From Octopus vulgaris (Eukaryota): a stretch of 64,000 nt of DNA. Every line of letters starts with the position of its first letter. Within the stretch, counting starts at the first letter, position 1. The position numbers and the translations under genes were made by a program. The notes beneath the pieces were generated by a model. It made no database searches. It saw only the letters and a list, made by a program, of their open reading frames with translations, and was not told the DNA's origin. The stretch spans positions 151,466,001 to 151,530,000 of the forward strand of contig OX597815.1 of NCBI GenBank assembly GCA_951406725.2. Reading direction: 5' to 3'. Shown piece by piece: positions 15,220 to 26,794 of the stretch.

Positions 15220-15345
15220 TTAAAATATTTAGTTTCGGCCAAGATAGCAGCATACCAACTGATCCAGTTTGATGTCTCACTATTAGTTCATCTGTTGTTG
15301 CCAATGGTGACCAAGGACATCACATGGAGAAGAGTACAGGTCATG
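15220..15345 (+). other. Candidate 126-nt symmetric cassette exon with an in-frame TGA at 15270-15272
   Basis: Strong acceptor (TTTTTTTCTTTATTATATTGACAG) and donor (ATG|GTATGT). Phase 1-1 like its neighbours. Reads VKIFSFGQDSSIPTDPV*CLTISSSVVANGDQGHHMEKSTGH. Confidence 0.5.
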
Positions 15346-16590
15346 GTATGTCTGGCTGTGGCCAATTAGTCCAATGTGTGCTTAGGCTCTACAGCAGATC
15401 AGGCACTGGTAGCCTGCTGCGACTGAAGGCAAGGAATTGGCTCTGAACTTGCACACTTTAAATTTTCTAATTCCTTCCCCACAGAATTGTTTGCTTTTTT
15501 GACCAAATCAGAAGCAATTATTTTATTAGATTAGCAGAATTGTTACAGTATTAAATCATCATCATCATCATGTAACGTCTGTTTCCCATGCTGGTTGAAT
15601 GGTTTAACAGGAGCTGCACCATTTTCCATAGTCTGTCTTGGCTTGGTTTCTACAGTTGGATGCCCTTCCTAACACCAGCCACTTTGTGGAGTATACTGGA
15701 TGCTTTTTACATGGCATCAGCACATACTAACATTATCAGTTCACTCTCACCTAGATAACTTTGCGTTTCATCCTCTCGAGGTTGATAAAATAAAATATCA
15801 ATCAAGTACTGGGATTAATTTAATTGACTAAGCCTCTCCTAAATTTCAGCTCTTTGCTTATGTTAGAAACAATTATTTTATTACATGTTATTGTTTCAAA
15901 CACAGGTCTATTGCCTAACTGAAGAGGAGTGGTAGTTGTGATGTTCATGCTCTTTCTAACGTAATAGTGATGTAAGTGAAGTGAAATGGATTCAAGTGAA
16001 ATTTCATTTCTGACTTGGTTTGTCAAGAAATTATCAAACAATAATTGTTTTATTTTAAGCTCTGACGATTTCTGTACTGATAAGATAGCATAGAGTGTAC
16101 AAATCAGTTTATTAGGTAAGTGGTGGGGAACAAATGTGTGATTTTTGAGATAACAGAGAAATGGTGTGAGAGAGGTGAGGATAGATATGTTTACTGGCTT
16201 GTATTTGCTGTCATTTTAGATTTTCTACATCAAAATTACCAGAGATCAATACAAAAGTTATGATAGTGATATGTTACAAACTTGTTGAAAGGTTTTCCAA
16301 AACTAAGTCGTAAACTTATATTTTTAAATCTACACAAATATAAAATGAGTCCCTTGCTGGTCAGAAAATTACTTTGAGGGAGGAAATGAGTAGGTTTGGC
16401 ATCAATGTTTTCCCTTTGTTTAAAATGTAACAGTTCCTTTTGAGAACAACAAAATATGCTGCCCACAATTGATTGGCATTGACATTAATAACCAAAACCA
16501 CAGCAATCACTGCATGGCTGCATTTCAGTCACAGAAAGCAGTAAAAGAATAATAAAGTCTAGATATCACAAATATATATATATATATATA

Positions 16591-17126
16591 CAGGGTGGCT
16601 CAAAAGTAGGTTTACAGTAGGCACTTTAAATCTCTTTTAAAACATTTTATTACATTTAAATTTCTATCTTTCAATCATATTGTTTATGCACATCTTAAAC
16701 AGACAATGTTTAATCTCTCAGATGCTCAAAATGTCCTCCTTCATAGCAACATTCTTCAAACCTCTTCAGAACACTCTGACACACAGTGCAGCACAAATTC
16801 TGATCTCCATCAATTTCAGTGAATGCGTCAGAAATGTAATCTTTTAATTCATTTACTGTTTTGGGATTCTTCTTATAAACCTTGTTCTTTACAACACCCC
16901 AAAAAAGAAATCCATTAGTGTCAGGTCAGATTCTGCCCCATCTTCCAAACTAACACTGTGGAAAGGCTTCGTTAAGGTAGTCTCTTACTGTCAATGCATA
17001 ATGTGGCGGTGCTCCATCTTGCTGAATAATGGTTTCATATTGTTTTATAATTAAGATCTAAACTATTAATATATGAATGTGAAAGAGATAGTTAAATAAC
17101 TGTAAACCTACTTTTGGGTCACCCTG
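16591..17126 (-). mobile_element. Internally deleted Tc1/mariner transposon (intronic)
   Basis: 28-bp TIRs CAGGGTGGCTCAAAAGTAGGTTTACAGT and ACTGTAAACCTACTTTTGGGTCACCCTG with TA flanks. Minus-strand QQDGAPPH...DLTLMDFFFWGVVKNKVY...GGHFEHL. Confidence 0.9.
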
Positions 17127-17958
17127 TATATATATTTTGTTCCTCAGCACTGCTTGGCAACTGGTGTCGGTGTGTTTACATCCTCGTAAGTTAGCAGTTT
17201 GGCCAAAGAAACCAATAAAATAAGTACCAGACTTTAAAAATATGTGTACTGGAGTAAATTCATTCAACTAAAATCCTTCAAGGCAGTGCCCCAGCATGGC
17301 CACAGCCTGATATATATTGCATAAGTATTGAAGTACTCAATACATGCTTGTGGTAAAATTGGTTATTGTTTCACATCATTTTGCTGAGGTTTGTTGATAT
17401 ATATTTAGGTATCTCAGTGAAAACTTGTTTTAGTTTTAATTGTATAATCTCTCTCTCACACACATACACGCCAGTGGACTGGCATGACTTAGATGAAATA
17501 CCTTGCAGTGATACTGGTGCCAAGGTGTAGGACTCTCACCTTCTATGGGACACTATTTGGCATGTAATGGGGTATCCTGCATGTATGGCCAGTTGCTCAT
17601 CCTCCTCGAAAATACTTGCCCTGGTTTGTTGTTTGGAAGAGTTTTACAGGTTGAGATACTCAGACTTTCTATAAAAAACAAAATGGCATAGATGATATAT
17701 ATATATATATATATGTGTATATGTATGTATGTATGTGAAGACACATGGCTGAGTGGTTAGAGCATTGAGCTTACAATCATGAGGTTGTGAGTTCAATTCC
17801 TGGACCAGGCTGCATCTTGTGTTGTATCTATACATATACATATTGCTCAAATTATGTAAATAGTGAATGATGTGGGGTGTTTGTTTTAGTGTATTTTATG
17901 TTAAAAACCCAATAAATTTTACTAAATGTATTTTCCCCATTTTTCTTGTTATAAACAG

Positions 17959-18126
17959 ATGAATTTGATGAAGTTGATGGTGCTGTCGGCGGCGTTATGT
18001 CTTCTGAACCTAGCGAAGACCAATCGAAAACTGATATGTTTAAACGAGTGGCTGATAAACTGATGAATCTCGCTGATACACAGACATCAGCATCTGATTC
18101 AGAAGGTGCCTGTGCTAGAATCCAAT
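17959..18126 (+). CDS. Bcl-2-family gene, exon with DEVD|G and BH3-like motif (VADKLMNLAD)
   Basis: Acceptor ...ATAAACAG at 17958, donor T|GTAATT at 18127 (an alternative same-phase donor at 18106 is possible). Phase 1-1, with an LxxLAD BH3 core. Confidence 0.85.
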
Positions 18127-18587
18127 GTAATTATTATCTCTACTTTCTTCTCAGTTCAAGTTCTTACGTTCTGGCACAAGCAATTAATTTGATTATGATT
18201 AGTAATCTGTTTATGTTACATTCAAAGTAAATTACACAAAATTTTAATGCATCTGTTTCATGTTACATCTGTTTCATGTTACATTCGTTGTTAATTTATA
18301 TTGTGAAAAACAAAACTCAATCAATATGATTACAATTTTTTTTTATTGAACTTATTAACATCAAATTTGAATAAAAAACTTATTTAACTCTAATATATGC
18401 CTATGCATGCACAACTTGCATTTCCATCTCAAATATTTAAACTTCTAAAAGTTTATTAAATGTGTACCTCAGTTACTATATTTGATCATTAACTACTTTC
18501 TAAGAGTTTCTTTTCTAAAAATTCACAGTAAAGATATTAAAGTACAATTATTATTGTTTTTATTATTATTGCTGTTGTTGTTATTGC

Positions 18588-18635
<48 letters not shown>

Positions 18636-18660
18636 GATCATCATCATCATCATTATTAAT

Positions 18661-19140
18661 GGTGGCAGTGTGCTGGCAGAATTGTTAGCACTCTGGGAAA
18701 AATGTTTAGCAGCATTTTGTCTGTCTTTACGTTCTGAGTTCAAATTCTGGTGAGAGCAATTTTGCCTTTCATCCTCCTGGGATCAGTAAAATAAATACCA
18801 GCTGAGTACTCTGGCTGATGTAATCGACTATCCCCTTCCCCCGAATATCAGACCTTGTACCTGAAAGGAAGAAAGGATTATTACTATTACTAAGGCTGTG
18901 AACTGGCAGAATCATTAGCACACCAGGCAAAATGCTTAGTGGTATACATCTGTCTTTATGTTCTGAGTTCAAATTCTGCTGAGGCCAACTTTGCCTCTCA
19001 TCCTTTTTGGGTCGATGAAATGAGTACCAGTTATGTACTGGAGTCAACAAATAAAGTAGCAGCCAAGTACTTGAATCAGTGATATCAACTAACTCCGTCC
19101 TTAAAAAATTGCTAGCCATGTGCCAAAATTTGAAACAATT
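18661..19140 (+). mobile_element. Two tandem family-A SINEs (intronic)
   Basis: Same consensus as 26795-28835, preceded by (ATT)n. Confidence 0.85.
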
Positions 19141-19256
19141 ATTATTATTGTGACAGCATTAAAAATATTAATAATAATAATAGCAATAATAATAATAATA
19201 GTGATGATAAGGATAAACATGGATGAAATTATATACAAATTACAATTATTTTACAG

Positions 19257-19318
19257 CACCAGAACTGAGTGAATTAGAGAAAGAACTTGTGGAATACATT
19301 CTTTCTATAAAAACCTCT
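19257..19318 (+). CDS. Bcl-2-family gene, short exon (SPELSELEKELVEYILSIKTS)
   Basis: Acceptor TTATTTTACAG at 19256, donor GTAAGT at 19319. Its phase 1-0 is exactly what is needed to join the flanking exons. Confidence 0.85.
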
Positions 19319-20737
19319 GTAAGTTGTGTTCTACCCTAATTAAAAATCTAAATATTAACCATTTTAAATATGAAAAGTAAATGATTTATAATTCATTATA
19401 AAAATGTTAATTTAAAGCTAAAAATTCATTGAAATTCAGTAGGTCGCTAATATTTTGATATAAAACAGGCACAATTTTCTGTATCTTTCAACCTTGTTTT
19501 ATGTCTGCTTTCGATGCTGGTATGGGTTGCTCTCCTTAATGGATCAGGTGACTGCATCTTGCTTATAAGTTTCACTTTTGGCTTGGTTTCCAAACAGCAC
19601 CCACTTTGCAGAGTGTATGGGGCATGCATTTTATTGTGACCCCTGCATTAGAAAGGCTTTAGTGTTTTTGACAAAACAAAGGGGTCCTTCCAGCCCTATA
19701 CTTAACTGAGTGTACTAGGTGCAATTTTATTGTGACACCAGCACACAAGGGTGAGAGAGTGATGAATTGTAAGAGATGGATACATGGTGGGAGTGGATGA
19801 TGGATATTGATACCAAATGGCCAGGGTATAGAAAATTTAGGTAGTGTTTGAGATATATACAAATCTGATGAGGTTGTTTAAGTTGGAGATAAAAATTTAA
19901 CAAGTCCAACAGAATCCCTCGTGATACTGGATGCAATATGTAGTGAACGTAAGAGATTCACTGCTATCCTTAGTCACATTGGTAGCATAGTACAATGAGA
20001 ATGAGAAGAGAGATGGGCTGTTGGAGTATGAGTGTTAGAGGTAATAGTGATAATGTTATGGGCAATAGAGACTGGGTGATAGTGGCATGAATGAGAGTCA
20101 AAGGAGTGATTAAAGGAATGTGTGTGCATCATGGCTCTGTGGTTAAGAAGCTTGTTTCCCAACCACATGGTTTCAGGTTCAGTCCCACTGTATTATACAT
20201 TGAGCTATTATCTTGTACGATAATTCTGGGCTGTGCAAAGTTTTTTCAGTGAATTTCATTCACAGAAACTGAAAAGAAGCCTGGTGTGCATGCGCATGTA
20301 TGTGTGTGTGTTTTTGACATTGTGTCATAGTTGTAAAATAAGTGTCACTGTCACCCAAACAGTGCCCTTCATTTCCAATTTTCTACGTAGACATGTCTGG
20401 GAAATATATGACTTAAAAACTGGTAAAGGTTTGTGACAGGAAGGGCATACGGCTGTAGAAAATCTGTTTCAACAAATTCTCTCCGCCCCATGTAAGCATG
20501 AGAAAGTGGAAACTAAAAACCTACAAAAGTTATTGTTTTATGTCCAGCTCTGAAATGCATTAAATGTCTATGCCTATGTGAATGTCTGTTGTGCTATAAA
20601 AGCATAATAAATTCTACATTTTATTCATTGATATACCAGTTGTTACAGCTGTAAATTATAAAAAGAAAAAAATTGAAGAAAGAAGCAAAGATAATGAAAT
20701 ACACTGTCATTCCACTGATATTATATATATTTGTATA

Positions 20738-21105
20738 GGTGCCGGAGTGGCTGTGTGGTAAGTAGCTTGCTTACCAGCCACATGGTTCCGGGTTCAGTCC
20801 CACTGCATGGCACCTTGGGCAAGTGTCTTCTACTATAGCCTCGGGCTGACTAAAGCCTTGTCAGTGGATTTGGTGGATGGAAACTGTAAGAAGCCCATAT
20901 ATATATGTGTGTGTGTGTGTCTGTATTTGTCCCCCACCATCGCTTGACAACCAATGGTGGTGTGTCTATGTCCCTGTAAATTAGTGGTTCGGCAAAAGAG
21001 ACCAATAGAATAAGTATTAGGCTTACAAAGAATAAGTCCTGCGGTTGATTTGTTTGACTAAAGGCAGTGCTCCAGCATGGCCGCAGTCAAATGACTGAAA
21101 CAAAT
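20738..21105 (+). mobile_element. tRNA-derived SINE family B (CORE-like CCTTGGGCAAGTG block)
   Basis: GGAGTGGCTGTGTGGTAAG...GGTTCAGTCCC head. Other copies at about 20130-20520, 34355-34745(-), 40170-40335(-), 45335-45722, 52270-52665(-) and 56790-57245(-). Confidence 0.85.
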
Positions 21106-21245
21106 AGAATATATACACACATATACTAAACTGCTTAGTTATTAGAACTTGAATTCTTTTTACTTTTTATGCTGTTTATTTTTAATTTAGAATTTACTTT
21201 TAAGAAAAAAAGAAATTATAAAAAGTGAAATATATTGTTTTTCAG

Positions 21246-21494
21246 AGTCAGTTCCCAAGTGAAGCTGTCATAGACATACTTAAACAACTTACCTATCAGA
21301 ATTTCAAAGAGACTTTTGAAGCATACTCTAAAGACAAGAGTGGCTTACAAGAGGTGGCAGCTCTCTTCTTCCTTTCCAAGGCAGCTATCAACCTTGTTGG
21401 ACCTTTTCGTGCAATGGCTTCCCAGATAAAAGAACTAACTCTGCGATACTTTGAGGATAAGTGTGCAGCATTCATTGTGGAGAAAGGTGGTTGG
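21246..21494 (+). CDS. Bcl-2-family gene, exon with degenerate BH1 and BH2 (...RYFEDKCAAFIVEKGGW)
   Basis: Acceptor TTTTTCAG at 21245. Donor TGG|GTACGT at 21495 is a phase-0 intron directly after GGW, the conserved Bcl-2-family intron position. LTYQNFKETF resembles Bcl-G LSYSVFKTI. Confidence 0.9.
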
Positions 21495-21589
21495 GTACGT
21501 ATGTTTAATCTTTGTTAGAATATTTTAAAGATATTTGACATTTTCACCTCATAAATATCATTTTATCATGACGATGTTTGATAAGGGGA

Positions 21590-21810
21590 GGACTGGACTT
21601 GATGGGGGTGCTGGGGTTGGAGGAATCAGTGAAATGGCTGACAAGGGCTAATGGAGTGTGGTGGTATGGGCATGTGTTGAGGAGGGGTGAGGAGAATGTT
21701 CTGAAGAGGGTGCTAGAGTTTTAGGTAAATGGACAGCAAAAGCTAGGTAGACTAGGAAAAATGTGGAGGGAACAGGTGGAGGAGGAGATTGGGAGCGGTG
21801 ATGTCGATGT
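21590..21810 (+). mobile_element. RTE LINE C-terminal fragment (intronic)
   Basis: Translates as WYGHVLRRGEENVLKRVLEF...GRLGKMWREQVEEE. Confidence 0.7.
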
Positions 21811-23054
21811 TATCAACTATTGCCCTCCCTGTAATTGCTGGCCTCTTGCCAAAATTTGCAATCAGTACAAATTGCCATGGTACATAGCCATGTGGTTAGA
21901 GTGTTGCACTCACAGTTGCAAGACCATGGTTTCAATTCTCATACTGGGTGGTACGTTGTGTTCTCGAGTAAAACACTTCATTCAACATTGCCCCAGCCCA
22001 CTCAACAGTAGATGAGTAATGTTGTGATCCCAGCCACTTATCACCATGGAAGCCAGGTGTCTGACCCTATGAGTCCTTGGGGACTTGGGATAGTAAATAT
22101 CCAGAGATTAACAAGTACGGTGATATTAATATCCTTTTTACATTCTGAGAGAAAATACTGCTTTCTGTTTTTGATTTTTTTGGTGTCATAAAGAGCAATA
22201 AAATATGTACCCGTCAAATTAGTTGACTTGTACTGTCCTAAAATATATGACTATATACCAATGTTAAAAGTCACTATTTTATAATTATGAAACACAATAG
22301 ATTGTTCAAAACTGGAATATTATATTAAACACAACATCGTATTTTATTTTTGACTTCCATCCCTCCTGGGTCAGTAAAATAGATGAGTATTTCTCACATG
22401 TTGATGATTGATTCAGTTAATTATTGTTGCAAGTCACATTTATTGCTCTTCCCCTTTTCTACCACTCAAATGTGAATCAGGCAAATTGAATATGACAGAA
22501 TTATTTCATGTACCATGCCAAGAGGTACATGTTATCTTTAGTAATATAATTTGATTTTGACTTGCTTGATGAAATGTTTATTTCACCAAGCGATATATTT
22601 ATTTGATAAACATTAGATATGCTTTGCCCCCTACAGAAACTGTGGGAGTTACTCAGAAATGTTGCAAGCTCTTCTTTTGAATCTATTGCAATGTTGAAAA
22701 CTCTTCCATATAATCAGCAGGGATTTCAGGGTCACAAGTGTTTTGCCCTTTAGCTTATATGCTTCACCTGAATGTGGCAGCACGGACTGAATTAGTCTTC
22801 ACTTGCAGGAGGGTTCCACCTGTGGTTTCTTATCAACCACAACCACCTCAAGCTGGTTTCAATTGTTATGCCTATCTCCTTAGTGGCTTTCTTCAGTTGT
22901 TCGGGCTTCAGACCAGGCTTCTGCAGGAAAAAGTGCACCAACCTTTTTCCTGCAGTAACTGACTTCAATAGGGGATGGATTAGTAGTTTAGTTCTTGGAC
23001 CATGCATCTGTTTTTATTTATTTATTTATTTATTTACTTATTTTCTTCCTACAG

Positions 23055-23099
23055 GATTCCGTTCTTGAAGACACAGATGAAGAACCTAAAGGAGAGTGA
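23055..23099 (+). CDS. Bcl-2-family gene, last coding exon (DSVLEDTDEEPKGE*)
   Basis: Acceptor TTTTCTTCCTACAG at 23054. Completes BH2 as GGWDSV, with stop TGA at 23097-23099. The six exons total 1776 nt, or 591 aa plus stop. Confidence 0.88.
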   Translation, partial: DSVLEDTDEEPKGE

Positions 23100-26000
23100 T
23101 ATAATTATGTGACAGGGTAATGACTGTGTTTACAAATATTTAGCTTAATTGATCTCACATAGCTTCATCAGATTTTTCACTGAGTTGTGGGACTTTGCAC
23201 AAACCCAGCTGTGGATGAAAAGGAAGCTGGAATGAATTCCTCTTAACAAAAACATCACTGCCACAATTATTTGTTTGGAAGGGAAGTTACCTCATAAAAG
23301 TGGTAATAATGCTTGATGATTATGCAAGTATAATGGCTGGATGTTTAAAATTCTGAAAAAAATGCAATTTATTTTAATTGATAACATTCAAAAGAAAAAG
23401 CATACATGAACAGGGGAGGGAAAATAATTTTAATTCCAGTGAAAGTTATCGCTTTCAGGATTATTTTCCATACACTGCCATTTATCTCCCCATCCTGAAC
23501 AGTGCTAATTACAAGAGAAGAAGGAAGGAAAATGCACAAAGAAACCAAGATATTTATGAAAACGAGTGGGAATATTTTGTATAGAAAATGTATAATGAAT
23601 TTTTGTTCATTTCATTTTTTTTTCTATTGTTAAATGTTGGTACAGTGATCAATGGTTTTCTATCAAATTTAGAGCCAGTTTTGCAATGACATTTATAAGA
23701 AAAACAAATAAACACTAGCCAAATAAGAAACAAATTGCCTAGCTTTATATGTACACACACACACACATATTTATACATAGATATTTATATGCACACATGC
23801 ACACTCATATATACATACATATATATATATTTATACTTAAATATATATATATATTTATATATACATACATACATACATAACATACATATATGTATATATA
23901 GGTACATACATATACATATATACACATATATATATAATATATATATAATACAAACAGTAATAGCCTTTAATTATACTTTAGAATTGCATCAAATGACAAA
24001 CATAAGTATTTATTTTACATTTTCACGAAAAGAAACATTCCAATTATTGTAAAATGAAAATGTGTTCTAAAATGAAAATTCCCTTACTTTGATTGAGGTT
24101 TTATTTTATTTAATTTTATTTAAAATATATTTTGGCATTAGTATATTTGTAAGCTGAATATTTAGTACAGTTTTGAAAATAATCATTTAAATATGTTGTC
24201 ATTAATTAATGTTTTTAACACCATTATTACTGGCAGCATTTGTGATAGCTGCTGCCTGTAGATGTAATTTGTTTTTTAATTACATTAACAGTAAAAAAAA
24301 AAAAAGATTACATTTAGACTAAATTTGTTTCTTTTATTATTAATTTTAAAAAGTTGATTCCACTGAACATAAATAAATTAATGAAAGAATATCAAATAAT
24401 TTATATACAGCCTCAACTATATATTTGTTGAAAAAAAAATATTGTTTAAAATAATATTTAATAATACATGGTGATTATATTTCTGTGTATTGAAAATGTG
24501 AACGATTTAGGATTTCCATTTTTACTCATTTTCAGAACTACGTTGGCTGTATTTTCAGTCTTCTTCGGGTGTGGCTCTCATTTATATTCCTAGCAGAGAT
24601 GGAAGTTGCAAAATTTTTATCATAACCATATACTATTTCTATCACAATTTTAACACAGAGTGGAGTGTGAACTGGTAGAAAGGTTAATGCATACGGTCCC
24701 ATTCCTTAATGTAAAAAGTTCAAATTCTCCAGCAGCTTAACTTTACTACCTTTCATCCTTTAATATTATCACTGCACATAAGGCAGTGAACTGGCAGAAT
24801 CGTCAGTACCCTGGGTGAAATGCTTAGTGGCATTTTGTTCACCCTTTCTGGTCTGAGTTCAAACTCTGCCATGGTTGACTTTACCTTTCATCCTTTTTTA
24901 GTCGTTAAATTAAGTTCCAGTCGAGTACTAGGGTTGATGTGAATTGACTAACCCCCTCTCCCAAAACTTGCTGGTCTTGTACCAAAATTTGAAGCTAATT
25001 TTCATCACTACACACATACGTGCATGTGTGTGTATGTTCATTTGTATTACATTGAATATATATATATATAACATATTCAGTGTAATACAAATGAGCAGAT
25101 CACTATTCTGTGTCAACATGATGAAAATCTAAAAATGTATCTTAAAAAGTACACCACAAGAAAATAGATAATAAACATACAAAGTTGCAATATCAGTTTC
25201 ATGCTGGAATAAAAAAAAACGAAGTTTGAGAATGTCTTAAGTTTTAGATGTTTTCTCTTTTCTCCTTGAAGAAAAAAAAATAAAAGTACAAGAAAAGTAG
25301 AAACAAGGTACTTGTATGAGACATGTTAGAGTGACTGAAAGTGGAACAGAGACTACATACACACACATATTTACTGTTCCATTGTAGGTAGGATCAACAG
25401 AAAAACTGCTTCATCCTGTGAGAGATAAGTATCATTTAATACACACAATTTAAAAAAGAGCTGCTAATAGTTTCATGCCATTGTGATACAATAATTTGGC
25501 TGATTTATATAACATGCTATGTATCTCTAAGGGATCTTTGAGGTTCAGTGCATATTGTTTGATGTATTTAAAAAACCAGGATGCTGGTCTATGGAAAAAA
25601 ACATGGGGGAAATAATGAGAAGAAAATCATGAAGAAGGTTAATGCAAAAAAGTGTATCTCTACGGCATAAAACTATTAGTAGCTCTTTTGTAAATTGTGT
25701 ATATTAAATGATGTATATATATATATATATTTGTGTGTGTGTGTGTGTGCTTTGTGTCTAATGAGACAATATCAACATTCTAGTGCAAGTAACAAATTAG
25801 CATATGTCTGAAGATGGGTACAAATCAGCCAATCAAAATATTTTACATATAAATCTAAATTCATATGTAAATAGACCCTGAATAATTTTGACAATATTTA
25901 TACATGACACTATTTTAGAAACCCCATCATGAAATTATTCTTGGCTATTTTACTGCTTGCTGATATAACAATTTGTTTATATTAATAAACCACTTAAATA

Positions 26001-26794
26001 AAAAAAAAATTGAAATTAAAATATATTCATTTTGCTGCTAGGATAATTCTATATTTAATTGATTTAACCAATTCCAGTAAGTTTTTGAAGAACTATTCAT
26101 ATTTTTTTTCAATCATTTCAAGAAAGACAACTTTAAGTTGAAAGTAAAAAAAAATGGGATGGGACTTTGAAAAAAATCTCAAATTTGTATGTGAGTGTTT
26201 GATTGTGTGTATATTCTTATGTGTGAATGCTCAAAAAGGCTCAAAAACAAAACTTAAAGAAAGAAAGCATTGGAAATGATAATATAAATTATTGATCATA
26301 TTTATCATCATTTTGCTGGTTTGGTTACTTTTCAAATGGGGTGCTATCAGCAGTGTCTTAAGCATGTCATGAAGTTATATTATAGATTTTTACCATTGAT
26401 TTTGATTTCATACTCATTTAAACTAAGCAATGCCTCAAGAGAAGATATATAATATTCATGTTCCATTATATACTGCTAGGGGTGGGCATGGCGCTCACTT
26501 CTGTTGTGTCTCTTGTGCTACTTGTTTTCCCTTCTATAGGATTATTTTCTTTGGGAAAAAATAAATAATAATTATTTATGAATGAAAAGTCATGTTTTCA
26601 AATATATTCTGGATTTTAAGTGTTAACTTTGTATATTGTTAGTAAAGGAAAGCTTTCTTATTTTTTTTCCGGCCTCAACTTTTGAGTAAGAAAACAACAT
26701 AAATGCTTCAGGTGAAATAAGTATCTTCTAAAGTTTAGATAAATTAAGGTATATGTTATTTATTAACACGTAATGAATTTATTATTATTATTAA

